Assembly (NCBI GenBank): GCA_040772485.1
Contig: JAXGYC010000009.1
Location: 320,001 to 384,000, forward strand
DNA length: 64,000 nucleotides
DNA from: Sedimentisphaerales bacterium
Lineage (GTDB): Bacteria; Planctomycetota; Phycisphaerae; Sedimentisphaerales; Anaerobacaceae
Direction: 5' to 3'
Part shown: piece after piece, positions 30,275 through 41,400 of the stretch
Layout of the letters: every line of letters starts with the position of its first letter
How positions within the stretch are numbered: position 1 is the stretch's first letter
Translations under genes and position numbers: made by a program
Notes under the pieces: model-generated
What the model was told of the DNA's origin: nothing
The model's input: the letters and a program-made list of their open reading frames with translations, nothing else
Databases searched by the model: none

Positions 30275-31857
30275 GTGCGTCTCTCCAGGGTTGCCGGCCG
30301 GCTATGGCCTTGGTGTTTGCAGCGTTCGAGCAGGGCGGTCAGATGTGTCACGATCTCCGGTCGCTCGGACCAGAGGTTGGTCTGTTCGCCCGGGTCGTCG
30401 TCGAGGTTGTAGAGCTGTCCCTTTGGTCCGCCCGGCTCGGGCTCGACTTGACGCGGCGCCGTGAAACCGCCGGAGCCGAGGCCCTCGATCAGCTTCCACG
30501 GACCCTGGCGGATTGCGAACAAACCCTGTGCGGAGTGGTGGACCACCGCCTCACGGACCGGTTCGGCCAGCGTGGGGTCAAGCATGGCGGGCAGGAGGTT
30601 GTAGCTGTCCTGACCGGCGTTGGATGGCAACGTGCCGCCTGCAACGGCAGCACACGTTGCCATCAGATCGGTCAGGCAGATCGTCTGGTTGCTGCGCGAG
30701 CCGGGGTGGATGCGTCCCGGCCAGCGGCACACGAACGGGACCCGATGACCTCCCTCGTGGATGTCCGCTTTCTGCCCTCGCCAAGGCCCGTTGGCGCGGT
30801 GGCCGAACTTCTCGATCTGCTCCGTGGGCCAGTGCGAGCCGTTGTCGGATGTGACGATCAGCAGCGTCTCGTCGCCAAGGCCGGCGTGGTCGAGAGCTTC
30901 AACGATCCGGCCAATCGAAGCATCCACCTGCGCGACGAAATCACCGTACCAATCGACCTCGGTCTTGCCGCGGAATTCATCCGTGGGCATCCAGGGTGTG
31001 TGCGGCGCCGTCAGCGGGACGTAGAGAAAGAACGGGTTGTTCTTGTCCTGTTGCTTCACGAAGTCGATGGCCTTGCTCGTGATCGTGGGCAGGACGTCTG
31101 TGAAATCGAACGAAGGGGCGATTGGTCCGGCCCGCCAGAAGCCCCCGCCCCCGTCCCAGCGGCGCTTGCTGCCCGGCGTCTGGCTGGTCGGCGCCTCGAC
31201 AGTGCGGCCGTTCTCCAGCCAGCAGTAGGGGTCCATGTCGAGAGAGGCCGGAATGACGTAGCCGTAATCGAACCCCAGCGATTGCGGCCCGTGCGTCACT
31301 GACGCGTTCCAATCGACGTTGCCGGCCTTGGCGGCGCCCCCATCCTTCGTGACCCAGCCGAGGCCGAGGTGCCACTTGCCGATGCAGCCGGTGCGGTAGC
31401 CGCGACGTTTGAGCATTGAGGCGAGGGTGGGCCGATCCGTCTCGATCAGCGGTTCGCTGTAGCCGCCCAAAACGCCGCTCTTGAGCCGGGACCGCCAGCA
31501 GTAGCGCCCGGTCAGCAGTCCGTAACGGGTGGGCGTGCAGACCGCCGATGGTGTGTGGGCATCGGTGAAGCGAATTCCCTCGCCCGCCAGCCGATCCACG
31601 CACGGTGTCGGGATCTTGGATTGCGCATCGTACGGTAGAGGCGAACAAACATTCGCCCGTACGTCACCATAGCCGAGATCGTCGGCGAGGATGATCACGA
31701 TGTTGGGACGCTTCGGTGGTCGTGTGTCGGCAACCGTAGGGGCGACATCCGCCAGAGGCGGATCGCTCTTACCCCGGCAGGCGGACAGAGTCCCCATTGC
31801 CGCCACGCAGCCGGCAGTTCGAAGAAACTCGCGGCGGGTCAGTGGATCATGCGTCAT
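30271..31857 (-). CDS. Arylsulfatase (Cys-type, Tat signal)
   Basis: TRREFLR; ADDLGYGD; CTPTRYGLLTGR; GKWHLG. Confidence 0.95.
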   Translation of the reverse strand: MTHDPLTRREFLRTAGCVAAMGTLSACRGKSDPPLADVAPTVADTRPPKRPNIVIILADDLGYGDVRANVCSPLPYDAQSKIPTPCVDRLAGEGIRFTDAHTPSAVCTPTRYGLLTGRYCWRSRLKSGVLGGYSEPLIETDRPTLASMLKRRGYRTGCIGKWHLGLGWVTKDGGAAKAGNVDWNASVTHGPQSLGFDYGYVIPASLDMDPYCWLENGRTVEAPTSQTPGSKRRWDGGGGFWRAGPIAPSFDFTDVLPTITSKAIDFVKQQDKNNPFFLYVPLTAPHTPWMPTDEFRGKTEVDWYGDFVAQVDASIGRIVEALDHAGLGDETLLIVTSDNGSHWPTEQIEKFGHRANGPWRGQKADIHEGGHRVPFVCRWPGRIHPGSRSNQTICLTDLMATCAAVAGGTLPSNAGQDSYNLLPAMLDPTLAEPVREAVVHHSAQGLFAIRQGPWKLIEGLGSGGFTAPRQVEPEPGGPKGQLYNLDDDPGEQTNLWSERPEIVTHLTALLERCKHQGHSRPATLERRT

Positions 31858-31954
31858 CGTGCCGAACTCCTTCTATCGATTACCATGCCGTCGGCTCGCT
31901 CCCATTATGGCGCATGCAGCCTTCGCAGGCAACGATGGTCGGCGGATCGCCCGC

Positions 31955-31982
31955 GTAGGGGCGAATGATTATTCGCCTCTAC
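31955..31982. repeat. 28-bp REP palindrome, intergenic copy
   Basis: GTAGGGGCGAATGATTATTCGCCTCTAC. Confidence 0.85.
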
Positions 31983-32059
31983 GTGATGGCGTTCCGGCGG
32001 GATTCCTTGTCAAATAGGGTCACATGTTCATTGCATCGGCCACGTTGGAAAGGACGAAT

Positions 32060-34534
32060 ATGACGCATCACGCAGGTTTGTCGTGCTTGCTCCTGTTGGC
32101 CATGGTTTCTTCGGCCGCCGCCCGCGATACAGTGGAGTTCTACGTAGCTCCCGACGGCAGCGATGCCGGGGATGGCTCGATGGAAAAACCCTTCGCGTCG
32201 TTGGCCCAGGCGCGGGACGCCGTACGCCAGGCCCGAGCGGAGAACGTCGAACGAATCACGGTCTTCCTGCGGGGAGGGAATTATTACCTGGAGGAGCCCG
32301 TGGTCTTCACCTCTGCTGACTCCGGCGGCGGCGAGACCATCATCGAGTACTGCGCCCGGGCTGATGAAGAGGTCGTGATCAGCGGCGGATTCGAGCTGGA
32401 CCTGGACTGGCGGCCGTACAAGGACGGCATCGTCTTGGCGAATGTCCCGGCCCGAGTCGAGAAGATCGACCAGCTCTTTGTCAACGGCCGGCGTCAGCAC
32501 CCGGCTCGCTACCCTGATTACGATCCCGAAGCGAAGTTCTTCGGAGGCACCAGCGGCGACGCCATCAGCCCCCAACGCGCCAGGACCTGGTCCCATCCCG
32601 AGGGCGGATACATGCACGCGCTGCACTCGGCCATGTGGGGCAGCAAGCACTATGAGATTGTGGGCATCGACGCAGATGGCACGATTCAGTTCAGAGGTGG
32701 CTGGCAGGAGAACCGGGGTGGCGGCTTCGATCCCGTCTTTCGAGGGGGCTACCACAAAGACTATCTGTTCGTGGAGAATCTCTTCGAAGAGCTGGACGCT
32801 CCGGGCGAGTGGTACTTCGATGCGCGCACGAAGACGCTGTATCTGATGCCTGAGCCGGACGTCGACCCATCGCAGGCGCAGGTCATCGGCGCAGGGCTCA
32901 AGGAGCTTGTTCTGATTCGCGGCACGACGGATGAGCCCGTCCGCAACCTGCACTTTCGCGGACTGCGTTTTCGGCACACGCAGCGCATCTTCATGGAGCC
33001 GTACGAGCGCCTGCTGCGAGGGGACTGGTCGATTGCCCGGCTCGGCGCGCTCCATATCGAGGGCGCCGAAGATTGCTCGGTTCGCGACTGCCACTTCGAG
33101 GACCTGGGCGGCAACGGCGTCCTCCTCAGCCGATACAATCGCCGCGTCCGCGTCGAAGGCTGCCGATTCACGCGGCTGGGCGAAAGCTGTGTCTGTCTGG
33201 TCGGCGACGCCGGCGCGGTTCGCTCGCCGGCCATCGAATACGGTACGACCCTGCCCCAGGATCAGATCGACCTGACGCCGGGCCCGAAAGGTCCGGAGTA
33301 CCCCGGCCAGTGCACGGTACACGACAACCTGATGCACGACTTCGGTTTCATCGGCAAGCAGGTTGCCGGCGTGTTCGTCTCCATGAGCGAACAGATCACG
33401 GTCAGCCACAATACGATCTATCGCTGTCCTCGTGCGGCGATCTGCATCAACGACGGGTGTTGGGGCGGCCACCTCATCGAGCACAACGACGTCTTCCACA
33501 CCGTCCGCGAAAGCGGCGATCACGGCCCGTTCAACAGTTGGGGACGCGACCGCTGGTGGAAGACCTCGTACAATGGGGGCCGGGACATCGAGCCGTTCGC
33601 CAAGGAGCGGGCCACGCTCGACAATTACAGGACCACGATTATCCGAAACAATCGCTTCGCGCATTCCGGCAGCCATTCGTGGGGCATCGACCTTGACGAT
33701 GGATCGAGCAACTACCGGGTCTGCGAGAACCTGTGCCTCGGCATGGGCGTCAAGCTGCGCGAGGGCTTCTTTCGGGTGGTGGAGAACAATATCATCATCG
33801 ACGGGTTCGGAGGCTTCCACATCTGGATGCCGGAATGCGACGACGTGATCGCTCGAAACATCTTCGTCAGCGACGAGCCCTATCAGTTCATTCGCGCCAA
33901 TCCCGCCAACGCCAGGCAGTTCGACTACAATCTGTTTTACTCGCGACGCGGCCAGATCCGGATCACCGGCATCGAGGACAGGCCCTTGACCCTGTCGCAG
34001 TGGCAGGCCAAGGGATTTGACACGCACTCGATCGTGGCCGATCCACTGTTCGTTGATCCGGCGCATGGGGATTACCGCGTCAGCGAAGGCTCGCCTGCGC
34101 TGAAGCTCGGCTTCCGGAACTTCCCGATGGATCGATTCGGCGTTTTGAAGCCGGCCTTTCAGCGCGAGGTCTCGCAGGAGCCGCGTGCATTCGTCGCTGC
34201 CGCGCGGGAACAAGACAACGTCCGCGAGTCGAAGTCGGTTACGTGGTTTGGCGCGACGATCAAGAATCTCACGGGTGAAGCGGAGAAATCCGCCGCCGGC
34301 ATCGGCCGCGAAACCGGTGTGCTCTTTGTTGCTGTTCCGGCCCGTAGCAGCGCGGCTGACGCGGGATTCAGGCTCGGCGACGTCATTCTCAAGGCGAACG
34401 GCGAATCCATCGATTCGCTCGACGACCTGCGCCGCATCACCACAGAGAGCAGGGGCCGGCCGGTCCAGTTCACCGTCTTCAATGCCGTCGAGCGCACCGT
34501 AACACTACAGCTTCCGGACCCGGAACGGCAGTAG
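32060..34534 (+). CDS. Exported right-handed beta-helix protein with C-terminal PDZ-like domain (possible glycoside hydrolase)
   Basis: FYVAPDGSD, LRGGNYYL, EELDAPGEWYFD, repeated beta-helix turns; AADAGFRLGDVILKANG at the C-terminus. Confidence 0.8.
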   Translation: MTHHAGLSCLLLLAMVSSAAARDTVEFYVAPDGSDAGDGSMEKPFASLAQARDAVRQARAENVERITVFLRGGNYYLEEPVVFTSADSGGGETIIEYCARADEEVVISGGFELDLDWRPYKDGIVLANVPARVEKIDQLFVNGRRQHPARYPDYDPEAKFFGGTSGDAISPQRARTWSHPEGGYMHALHSAMWGSKHYEIVGIDADGTIQFRGGWQENRGGGFDPVFRGGYHKDYLFVENLFEELDAPGEWYFDARTKTLYLMPEPDVDPSQAQVIGAGLKELVLIRGTTDEPVRNLHFRGLRFRHTQRIFMEPYERLLRGDWSIARLGALHIEGAEDCSVRDCHFEDLGGNGVLLSRYNRRVRVEGCRFTRLGESCVCLVGDAGAVRSPAIEYGTTLPQDQIDLTPGPKGPEYPGQCTVHDNLMHDFGFIGKQVAGVFVSMSEQITVSHNTIYRCPRAAICINDGCWGGHLIEHNDVFHTVRESGDHGPFNSWGRDRWWKTSYNGGRDIEPFAKERATLDNYRTTIIRNNRFAHSGSHSWGIDLDDGSSNYRVCENLCLGMGVKLREGFFRVVENNIIIDGFGGFHIWMPECDDVIARNIFVSDEPYQFIRANPANARQFDYNLFYSRRGQIRITGIEDRPLTLSQWQAKGFDTHSIVADPLFVDPAHGDYRVSEGSPALKLGFRNFPMDRFGVLKPAFQREVSQEPRAFVAAAREQDNVRESKSVTWFGATIKNLTGEAEKSAAGIGRETGVLFVAVPARSSAADAGFRLGDVILKANGESIDSLDDLRRITTESRGRPVQFTVFNAVERTVTLQLPDPERQ

Positions 34535-34605
34535 TGATCCTCGTTCCAAGTCCTGCTCACGGTGAATAAGGACCGCGGCATTCCGAGCGCGTATCGTCTA
34601 TGGCA

Positions 34606-34642
34606 AGATCCTTCGACTTCGCTGCGCTCCGCTCAGGATGAC
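34606..34642. repeat. 37-bp palindromic repeat related to 28660-28696
   Basis: Reverse complement matches 28660-28696 at 30/37; lies between convergent genes. Confidence 0.7.
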
Positions 34643-34656
34643 AAGAAGCCAAAGGA

Positions 34657-35349
34657 TCAGAGCGGCCGGATGCGGATGTTTCGATACCAGGCTTCGCTGG
34701 GCGGGCCGCCGTGGATCTGGAGACCGATCACGCCGGACTGCGGGATCGCATCGTCCGGTTCGGTGTAATCGACCGTCTGGAAGCCATTGAGCCAGAGCTG
34801 AATTCGCTTGCCTTCGCAGCGGATGACGTAATCGTTCCAGTCGCCGGCGCGGACCACCTCGGCGATCTTCGCCGGGTCCGGGCAGGCCAGCACCTTGTTC
34901 CGGCGGGATTCATCGTACAGGCAGCCCCAGTACTGCTGGCCCATGTCCGCCTGGTAGCCGCTGACCTCGTAGTGGTCGGGCACGCGCCGGCTGCGAATCT
35001 GGATGCCGGCGTTGGCGTTCTCGCCGAGCAGCTTGCATTGCAGCCGCAGCTCGAAGTCATCGAACGAGGCGAGCGTGCAGAGGAAATCGTTGTGCGCAAC
35101 GTTCGCACTCAGCGTGCCGCCAACAACGGCACCGTCCTCGATGCGAAAGACCTCTGTCGAGCCTTCCCAGCCCGCGAAGGTCTTGCCGTCGAACAGGGAG
35201 ATGAAGCCGTCCGCCGTCCGGACGGGCGAATCATTATTCGCCCCTACCGTTTCGCTCAGGCCGGCGCACCCGGCCAGCATGGCCACCAACAGCAGGCATG
35301 TCACGATGGAACCGGTGTGCAATGCACACCCTACGATCTTTTTCGTCAT
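34657..35349 (-). CDS. DUF1080 (3-keto-disaccharide hydrolase-like) lipoprotein
   Basis: LAGC lipobox; SLFDGKTFAGW, NAGIQIRS, WNDYVI, GVIGLQIH, YRNIRIRPL. Confidence 0.88.
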   Translation of the reverse strand: MTKKIVGCALHTGSIVTCLLLVAMLAGCAGLSETVGANNDSPVRTADGFISLFDGKTFAGWEGSTEVFRIEDGAVVGGTLSANVAHNDFLCTLASFDDFELRLQCKLLGENANAGIQIRSRRVPDHYEVSGYQADMGQQYWGCLYDESRRNKVLACPDPAKIAEVVRAGDWNDYVIRCEGKRIQLWLNGFQTVDYTEPDDAIPQSGVIGLQIHGGPPSEAWYRNIRIRPL

Positions 35350-36581
35350 CAGCGATCCTTTCCTTGAGCGACGGCGTCGAGCCGCCGGATCGTTTCCAGG
35401 CAGGCCCGCGTGTTGTGGTAGGGGCCTTTCCATTCGGACACCTTGGGCTCGTTGCGGTCGGGCGTTCCGTTTCGATCGACCCGCCAGAACCATTCGCCGT
35501 GTGTGTGGTCTACGATGGCCCGCTCGATGAACTCCCAGCAGCGCAGAGCCGCCTCGAAGAAGTGCTCGCGGCCGGAGAGCTGATAAGCGTTCAGGAAGCC
35601 CACGACCGCTTCGGCCTGGGGCCACCACTCCTTGTTCGTGTCGATCACGCGGCCCGCCTGGCCTTCGTAGAACAGCCCGCCGTCGGAGTCGAGTCCTTGT
35701 TCGTATACCGCCTGCGCCATGTCGACGGCGAGTGGATCGACCCTCTCGACCAGTTCAGGCTGGCCCAGAACCTCGGCCGCCTCGCAGAGCAGCCAACTGC
35801 CCTCAATGTCGTGGCCGAATGTGTATGTGTCCGATCGCTTTTCCCAGCGCTCGTTGAAGAAGTGCCCGAAGTGAGACGTGTCACGGTCGAGAATATGACG
35901 CTCGAACAGCTCGATCAGGCCGCTCAGTTCGTCGGCAACCTGTGGGTCGGGCCAGGCACGGTACAGATTCGTGTAGCCTTCGAGGAGATGCAGGTGGTTG
36001 TTCATCGACTTCTTTTCGTTCAGGTCCTTGTCGCTGAGCCGGACGTCCTCGGCCGCGGTCCAGTCGCGATTGCACGTCTCGATGTATCCGCCGTTCGCCA
36101 TATCGCAACTGTGCTTCTCGATCAGATCGAACAGTGCTTGCGCTCGTTCCAAAGCGGCAGATTCTCCGGTCGCGAGGAAGTACTCGGACAGTGCGTAAAT
36201 GTAGAAGGCCTGGCCGTAGATCTTCTTCTTGTCGTCCGCCAGAGCGCCGCGACAATCCACCTGCCAGAAGGCGCCGCCGAAGCGGTCGTCCCAGAAGTTT
36301 TCCTCCAGATAGTCGTAGGCCCTGCGAGCCAATTGCAGGGGCGAATCATCATTCGCCCCTGCGACCTCGCTGCGGCACAGCGTCGAGAAGGTCCACAGCA
36401 GTCTGGCGTTGAGGATCAATCCTTTCTTTGCCTGGTGGTCGATCAACAGTTCGTTCGACATCCGGCCGATGAATCCGCCGTGTGCGTGGTCTACACAGTG
36501 TTCCAGCCAGAACGGCAGGATGTCCTCGTGCAATTCCGCGGCCACACGCCGGCGAAAGCTCTCTATCTCGCGACCGGCCAT
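35349..36581 (-). CDS. AGE family epimerase (cellobiose 2-epimerase-like)
   Basis: ILNARLLWTFS, KSMNNHLHLLE, GHDIEGSWL, WWPQAEA, WKGPYHNTR. Confidence 0.9.
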   Translation of the reverse strand: MAGREIESFRRRVAAELHEDILPFWLEHCVDHAHGGFIGRMSNELLIDHQAKKGLILNARLLWTFSTLCRSEVAGANDDSPLQLARRAYDYLEENFWDDRFGGAFWQVDCRGALADDKKKIYGQAFYIYALSEYFLATGESAALERAQALFDLIEKHSCDMANGGYIETCNRDWTAAEDVRLSDKDLNEKKSMNNHLHLLEGYTNLYRAWPDPQVADELSGLIELFERHILDRDTSHFGHFFNERWEKRSDTYTFGHDIEGSWLLCEAAEVLGQPELVERVDPLAVDMAQAVYEQGLDSDGGLFYEGQAGRVIDTNKEWWPQAEAVVGFLNAYQLSGREHFFEAALRCWEFIERAIVDHTHGEWFWRVDRNGTPDRNEPKVSEWKGPYHNTRACLETIRRLDAVAQGKDR

Positions 36582-36584
36582 CGC

Positions 36585-38411
36585 TTACTCGGCGCCTCCG
36601 TAGGTGATCTCGATTCGCGAGATCTGGGCTTCGCCTGTGAACTCGATCCTGATGAACCGGCTCTGTAGCGCCTGCGGCTTCGCCTCGTAGCGGACGGGTT
36701 TCCAGTAGCCATACTGGCCTTCACCGCTGTAGAAGTCCTTTCGCCGGGCTTCGGCGGTTTGCCACGTCTGCCCATCGGCCGAGACCTGGAAACGCAAGTC
36801 CGCCGGCTCTTCGGGAAAGAAGGTGTAGACCGTGCAGGTCCGGATCGCGGCGGGCAACCTGTAGACCAGAGCCGCGCCGGCGGCTCCCTTCATCCGATCC
36901 ATGTCTTCTTTGGCATTGCGCGTCTTGCCCGTCTCGGGCGTGACGCCGGTGTACTGGTGCAGGAGCGAGAAATCGCGCATTTCATCGACGAGCGTAGGGT
37001 GCTGGACCGCGACAGGTCCGACGGTATTGGACGGCGCAGACAGGCTTGCGATGTTCTTTGCCACAACGCGATAGAAGTACTGCCTGCCGATTTGGACATT
37101 GGCGTCGGCGAACAGCGGGCGGTAGGGTATCGCGGCGTCCGAGATGCTCCGGCCGGCCTCGGTCCAGGGGCCGTTCTTCTTCTCCGCTCTCTCAACGATG
37201 TACGATTGCGCTCCGGCCGAGCCTTGCCAGGAAATGGCCGCCACGTCGTCGATGGGCAACAACACAGGCGCCTTCGGGACAGGCAGCGGAGGGGGCATCT
37301 GCCCCTGAATCTCGAAGGCCTTCTGACGCATCAGCGCCATCAGGTTGCGTTCGTCGTAAGCCTCGCCCGAGGCGAAGCCGGGCCAGTGGTACGCCTTGTA
37401 GCGATCCCCGCCGAACGGCTCGGAATGCCAGTAGAACCCGCCTTCCCGGGTGCGATACCGCAGGCTCCAGATCAGCGCGCCGCTGGTCCCGTCGGCGATC
37501 ACGTTGTCCAGCAGCGTCCGGACGGCGTCTGTCTCTACAAACCCGAATTCGCCCACGAAATAGGGCTTTTTGCCCTTGCTCCGGACGCGGTTCGACGCGA
37601 CCTGCTCGAACATCTCGCGCGGATTGCTCGGATAGTGGTGCGTGGTCACGATGTCCACGTAGGGATTGTCGATGGATTCATCGCGCAAAACACTCGAAAA
37701 GAAGCCGTCGACCACCAGATGGTTCCGATCGAGGCTCTTGACATAGCCGGCGATTTCTCGCGTCCATTCGTGCGGACATTGCAGTTCGTTGCCTGTCTCC
37801 CAGGCGAGGATTGCCTTGTCGTCCTTGTACTTGACGCCGGTAAAGGTGTTGGTACGATTGACGACATATTCGATGGTCTTCTTGAAATCGGCGATGATCT
37901 GCGGATCGGTCCAGAACGCCTCCTTGGCCTTGCCCCGGAAGGCGGCGTATTCCTGGATGCCGCCCCACCAGATCCAGTTGTCCACGAACGGGATAATGAC
38001 GCGGACGCCGGTGCGATGGGCCACCTCCAGCACCTTGTCAAGCGCGCGGAATGCTTCTTCGTTGAACCGGCCCGGTCCCAGCACGTGGCGGGGGATCTCG
38101 GGCCCGTCGCCGGCCGCTCGCACGCTCAGCGTGTAGATCCGCGTGGCGCGCCCGCCCATCTGCTGAATCGCCGTCAGCGCATCGGTGATCTCGAATTCAT
38201 CGGGCAGCCGCCAGGGGTTGGTCTCTTCGAAGGGCAGATGATCCTCGACATAGTGCAGGTTAGGGATGTTGAAGGAGACGAAGCGGTACTCCTTCGGTCC
38301 TTCCATCAGCCGATCGCCCTGACGGGTGACGAAATGGTCGAATCCCTGCGAGGCGCCGGCGCAGCCGCAGACCAGCAGCATCGCGAAAGTGACACAGATG
38401 GTCCTTCTCAT
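36585..38411 (-). CDS. GH5 family glycoside hydrolase (beta-mannanase-like), probable lipoprotein
   Basis: AWETGNEL acid/base, TTHHY, VGEFG nucleophile; C-terminal FN3-like and beta-sandwich segments. Confidence 0.82.
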   Translation of the reverse strand: MRRTICVTFAMLLVCGCAGASQGFDHFVTRQGDRLMEGPKEYRFVSFNIPNLHYVEDHLPFEETNPWRLPDEFEITDALTAIQQMGGRATRIYTLSVRAAGDGPEIPRHVLGPGRFNEEAFRALDKVLEVAHRTGVRVIIPFVDNWIWWGGIQEYAAFRGKAKEAFWTDPQIIADFKKTIEYVVNRTNTFTGVKYKDDKAILAWETGNELQCPHEWTREIAGYVKSLDRNHLVVDGFFSSVLRDESIDNPYVDIVTTHHYPSNPREMFEQVASNRVRSKGKKPYFVGEFGFVETDAVRTLLDNVIADGTSGALIWSLRYRTREGGFYWHSEPFGGDRYKAYHWPGFASGEAYDERNLMALMRQKAFEIQGQMPPPLPVPKAPVLLPIDDVAAISWQGSAGAQSYIVERAEKKNGPWTEAGRSISDAAIPYRPLFADANVQIGRQYFYRVVAKNIASLSAPSNTVGPVAVQHPTLVDEMRDFSLLHQYTGVTPETGKTRNAKEDMDRMKGAAGAALVYRLPAAIRTCTVYTFFPEEPADLRFQVSADGQTWQTAEARRKDFYSGEGQYGYWKPVRYEAKPQALQSRFIRIEFTGEAQISRIEITYGGAE

Positions 38412-38439
38412 AGCACGGTCTCCATAGTAGGGCGAATCA

Positions 38440-41400
38440 TCATTCGCCCCTGCGTAGAGCCCATTTCCTGCCGAGGTCGGCGAGCCAGTCGTCGGGCAGC
38501 GGGCCGTAGGGGCGGAATTTCTCCAGGCCGCCTTGCTCTTCGCTGTAGAGCAGGGCGCGGTGGAAGCCGAGTTGGTTGGCGGCGGGCGAATCGATCAGGG
38601 TGCTCGAATCGGCGGCGCTCATCTGGAACAGGATGCGGTGGTCGAACTCACGGACGGTCTGGCGATCGAAGGTGCGCTCCAGCGTGCCGAGGGTATCGGC
38701 CCAAGCGACCACGTGGATACCGACGGGGGGACCGTCGCGCAGGAGGCCGGCAAACTGCACGTCGGGACGCGGCGTTGCCTCTTCGGAACCCATCGAGAAC
38801 CCGAAGCTGTCCTCGCTGCGGCGGAGCATGCGGTATCGCTGCAAGCCGTAGACGAGCAGGACGACGGTCGCCTCGTCATTCCGATCGGCCTCGATTCGCT
38901 CATTGGCTTTCTGGCTCAGTGCGGCGATGGCCGCAGGGACATCGTTCCACGCGACGATCCGGCAGGGGTGCGGCAGCACGCGCGTTACGCGGGCGAAGGC
39001 GCCCGCCTGCGCCGAATCGGGGGCGCTGCCGTCGAGGATCACAAACTCGACGGAGGACCGTGGCAACTGGCTGGCCAGACAGACACAGGCGCCCGTCATC
39101 AGATTCATCGCCGCTTCATCCCGCTGGCCGACCATCAGAATGTTGCCGCCGCTCTGGCGACGCAACACCACGGCGGTCGGCTCTTTGATGGTCACCGGAG
39201 AGCCCAGCCAGATCTTCGGGGCGGGCACCGGCGAATCACCATTCGCCGCTACACAGGCGGCCAGTTGGCGATTCTCCCGAATGTCGGCCGGAACGTTGCC
39301 TTCGAACACGATCATCGGCTCGCGTGGTTCGGGTCCGCGCGCCGCGATCCGGCTCAGGTACGAATCACGAACGGCATCCGAGAGCCAGGCCACCTGGAAG
39401 GGGCTGTTGCCGGCGACGGCGCCGCCCGCGTCGTTGTAGATCGCCTCGCCCGGTCGCGACAGCAGACGTGCGGCTGTGTTCTCGTCATCGAGCACGAGCT
39501 GCGAATCGATCTCCGAGCATTGCAGCGCGATCCGCACCGCCATCTGGCCCATCGTGCTGCGGGCCAGACCGAAGGCGCCGCCCAGCGTCTGCGAGCCGAG
39601 CACGACGTGGATGCCGAACGCCCGGCCTTGTCGCACAAGCTGCTCGAGCAGGACGATGGCGTCCTGGGCGAGCTTGTCGTCTTCGGAGAAGAAGACCTGG
39701 AACTCGTCGACGATCAGGACCGTGCGGGGCATGGTCTTTCCGGTGGCGCTGCGGTAGGCGGCGATGTCCTGCACGCCCGCGTCGCGGAACAGGTTGCCTC
39801 GATGGGCCATCTCGGCGTCGAGCCGCTGGAGGATGCTGAGCCCGAATTCGCGATCGCTCTCGATGGCGACGGCGCGGGCGTGCGGCAAGCGGTTAGTGAC
39901 GTAGGTCTTGAACTCGACGCCCTGCTTGAAGTCGATCAGGTACAGCTCGACCTGGTCGGGAGCGTACCACAGAGCGAGATTGGTCACCATGACGTGCAGC
40001 AGGGTGGATTTGCCCGAGCCTGTTTTTCCGGCGATCAGCGTGTGCTGGGCGACGCCGTGGCCGACGCGAAAGCGCTGCAGTCGCGTCGCGCCGGTCCGGC
40101 CCAGCGGAACGCTCAGCTCACGCGAGCTGTCGAGCGACCAGAGCTGCTCGTCGGTCGGTGCGATGGTCTGGAAGGGCACCTCGACGCGGGCCGAACTGGC
40201 GCCCGCCTTGCCGATGGCGTGCATGAGGTTCGTCAGCACGCTTTCGGAAGGGGGCTTGTCGGGCGTCAGCGGGAACCGCTTCAGGACAGGGTCCCGCCAG
40301 ACGAATCGGTTTTTGTCGTAGACGAGGTGGATGCTGCCGGCGCTGATGTCCTCGATATCGATCCCGCTGGGCAACTCCTGCCGGGCGTCGCAGGCGATCA
40401 GCGTGTGAACGCCGCAACGCGGGCCGCTGTGGATGATGCTGCTCAGACGCCGGGCCGATTCCTCGTTGAAGTTCACCGGGAAGTCGGCGATGACGAGAAA
40501 GCGATAGGGTTCGGCCAGTTCGCCCGCCTGTTCGTTGTATTGCTCGATCGTCTCGAATTCGTTGCGGAGGTACTTCTGGATCACGTTCTCCATGTGTCCG
40601 GTCAGGTCCTCCAACTGCTGTCGGATCTGGGCGGCTTCGGTCCAGATGCGTCCGCCCACGAGCGATTCGAGGTAGTCGCCGGCGTGCATGAAGCCCGCAA
40701 AGCTCTCGCCCAAGCCCACCGGGTCGAAGATGGTGAACCGGACCCGGCCCGGCGGAAGGGACGTGAACAGCCGCGCCATCGTCGCGCGAAGCGTCTCGAT
40801 CGCTTCCTGTCGTCCCTCACGCCCGGACTGCAGGAGCATCGAGCAGTGCTGGGGGAACTCCAACACGGCGGGAAGCTCCATGAGACTGGCGGTGTCCAAT
40901 GTTTGGCCTGCGCGGGCCCGGACCGATTCGGATAGCGGCTTGAGATCCAGCCGGAGCGTGCCGAATCGCACGGCGGACGCCGACGCGTCCGACATCGTCG
41001 GCGACCGATCGATCAGATGCTCCCAGTCTGCCACGAATGCCTTGTCGAGTTCGGAGGCTCTGTTCAGCAAGGCCCGGATCTGTGCCAGCCCTTCATCCCA
41101 TCGCTGCTGGAGATGTTGCCGGGACGTCTCGTACTGGCTGCGGCATTCGCCCATCTCGCTGTCGTACCGCTGCTGGATTTCCGCCAGCCGCTGCCGGCAC
41201 TCCTGGTCCAGTGCCGACCGCTCTTGTTCGACGTGTTCCTGCGCCTGATTGAGGGCGTTGTCTCGCTCCTTCTTGAGCTGGTCGAAGGCTTCCACGCGGC
41301 GGTGCTCGATCTCCTGAAGCGACGTGTTGCGCTGTCGGGAGATGTTGGCCCTGGCGGTCTCGAACGTTTCGTGGGCGCGTCTCAGTTCGACGTCTTTCTT

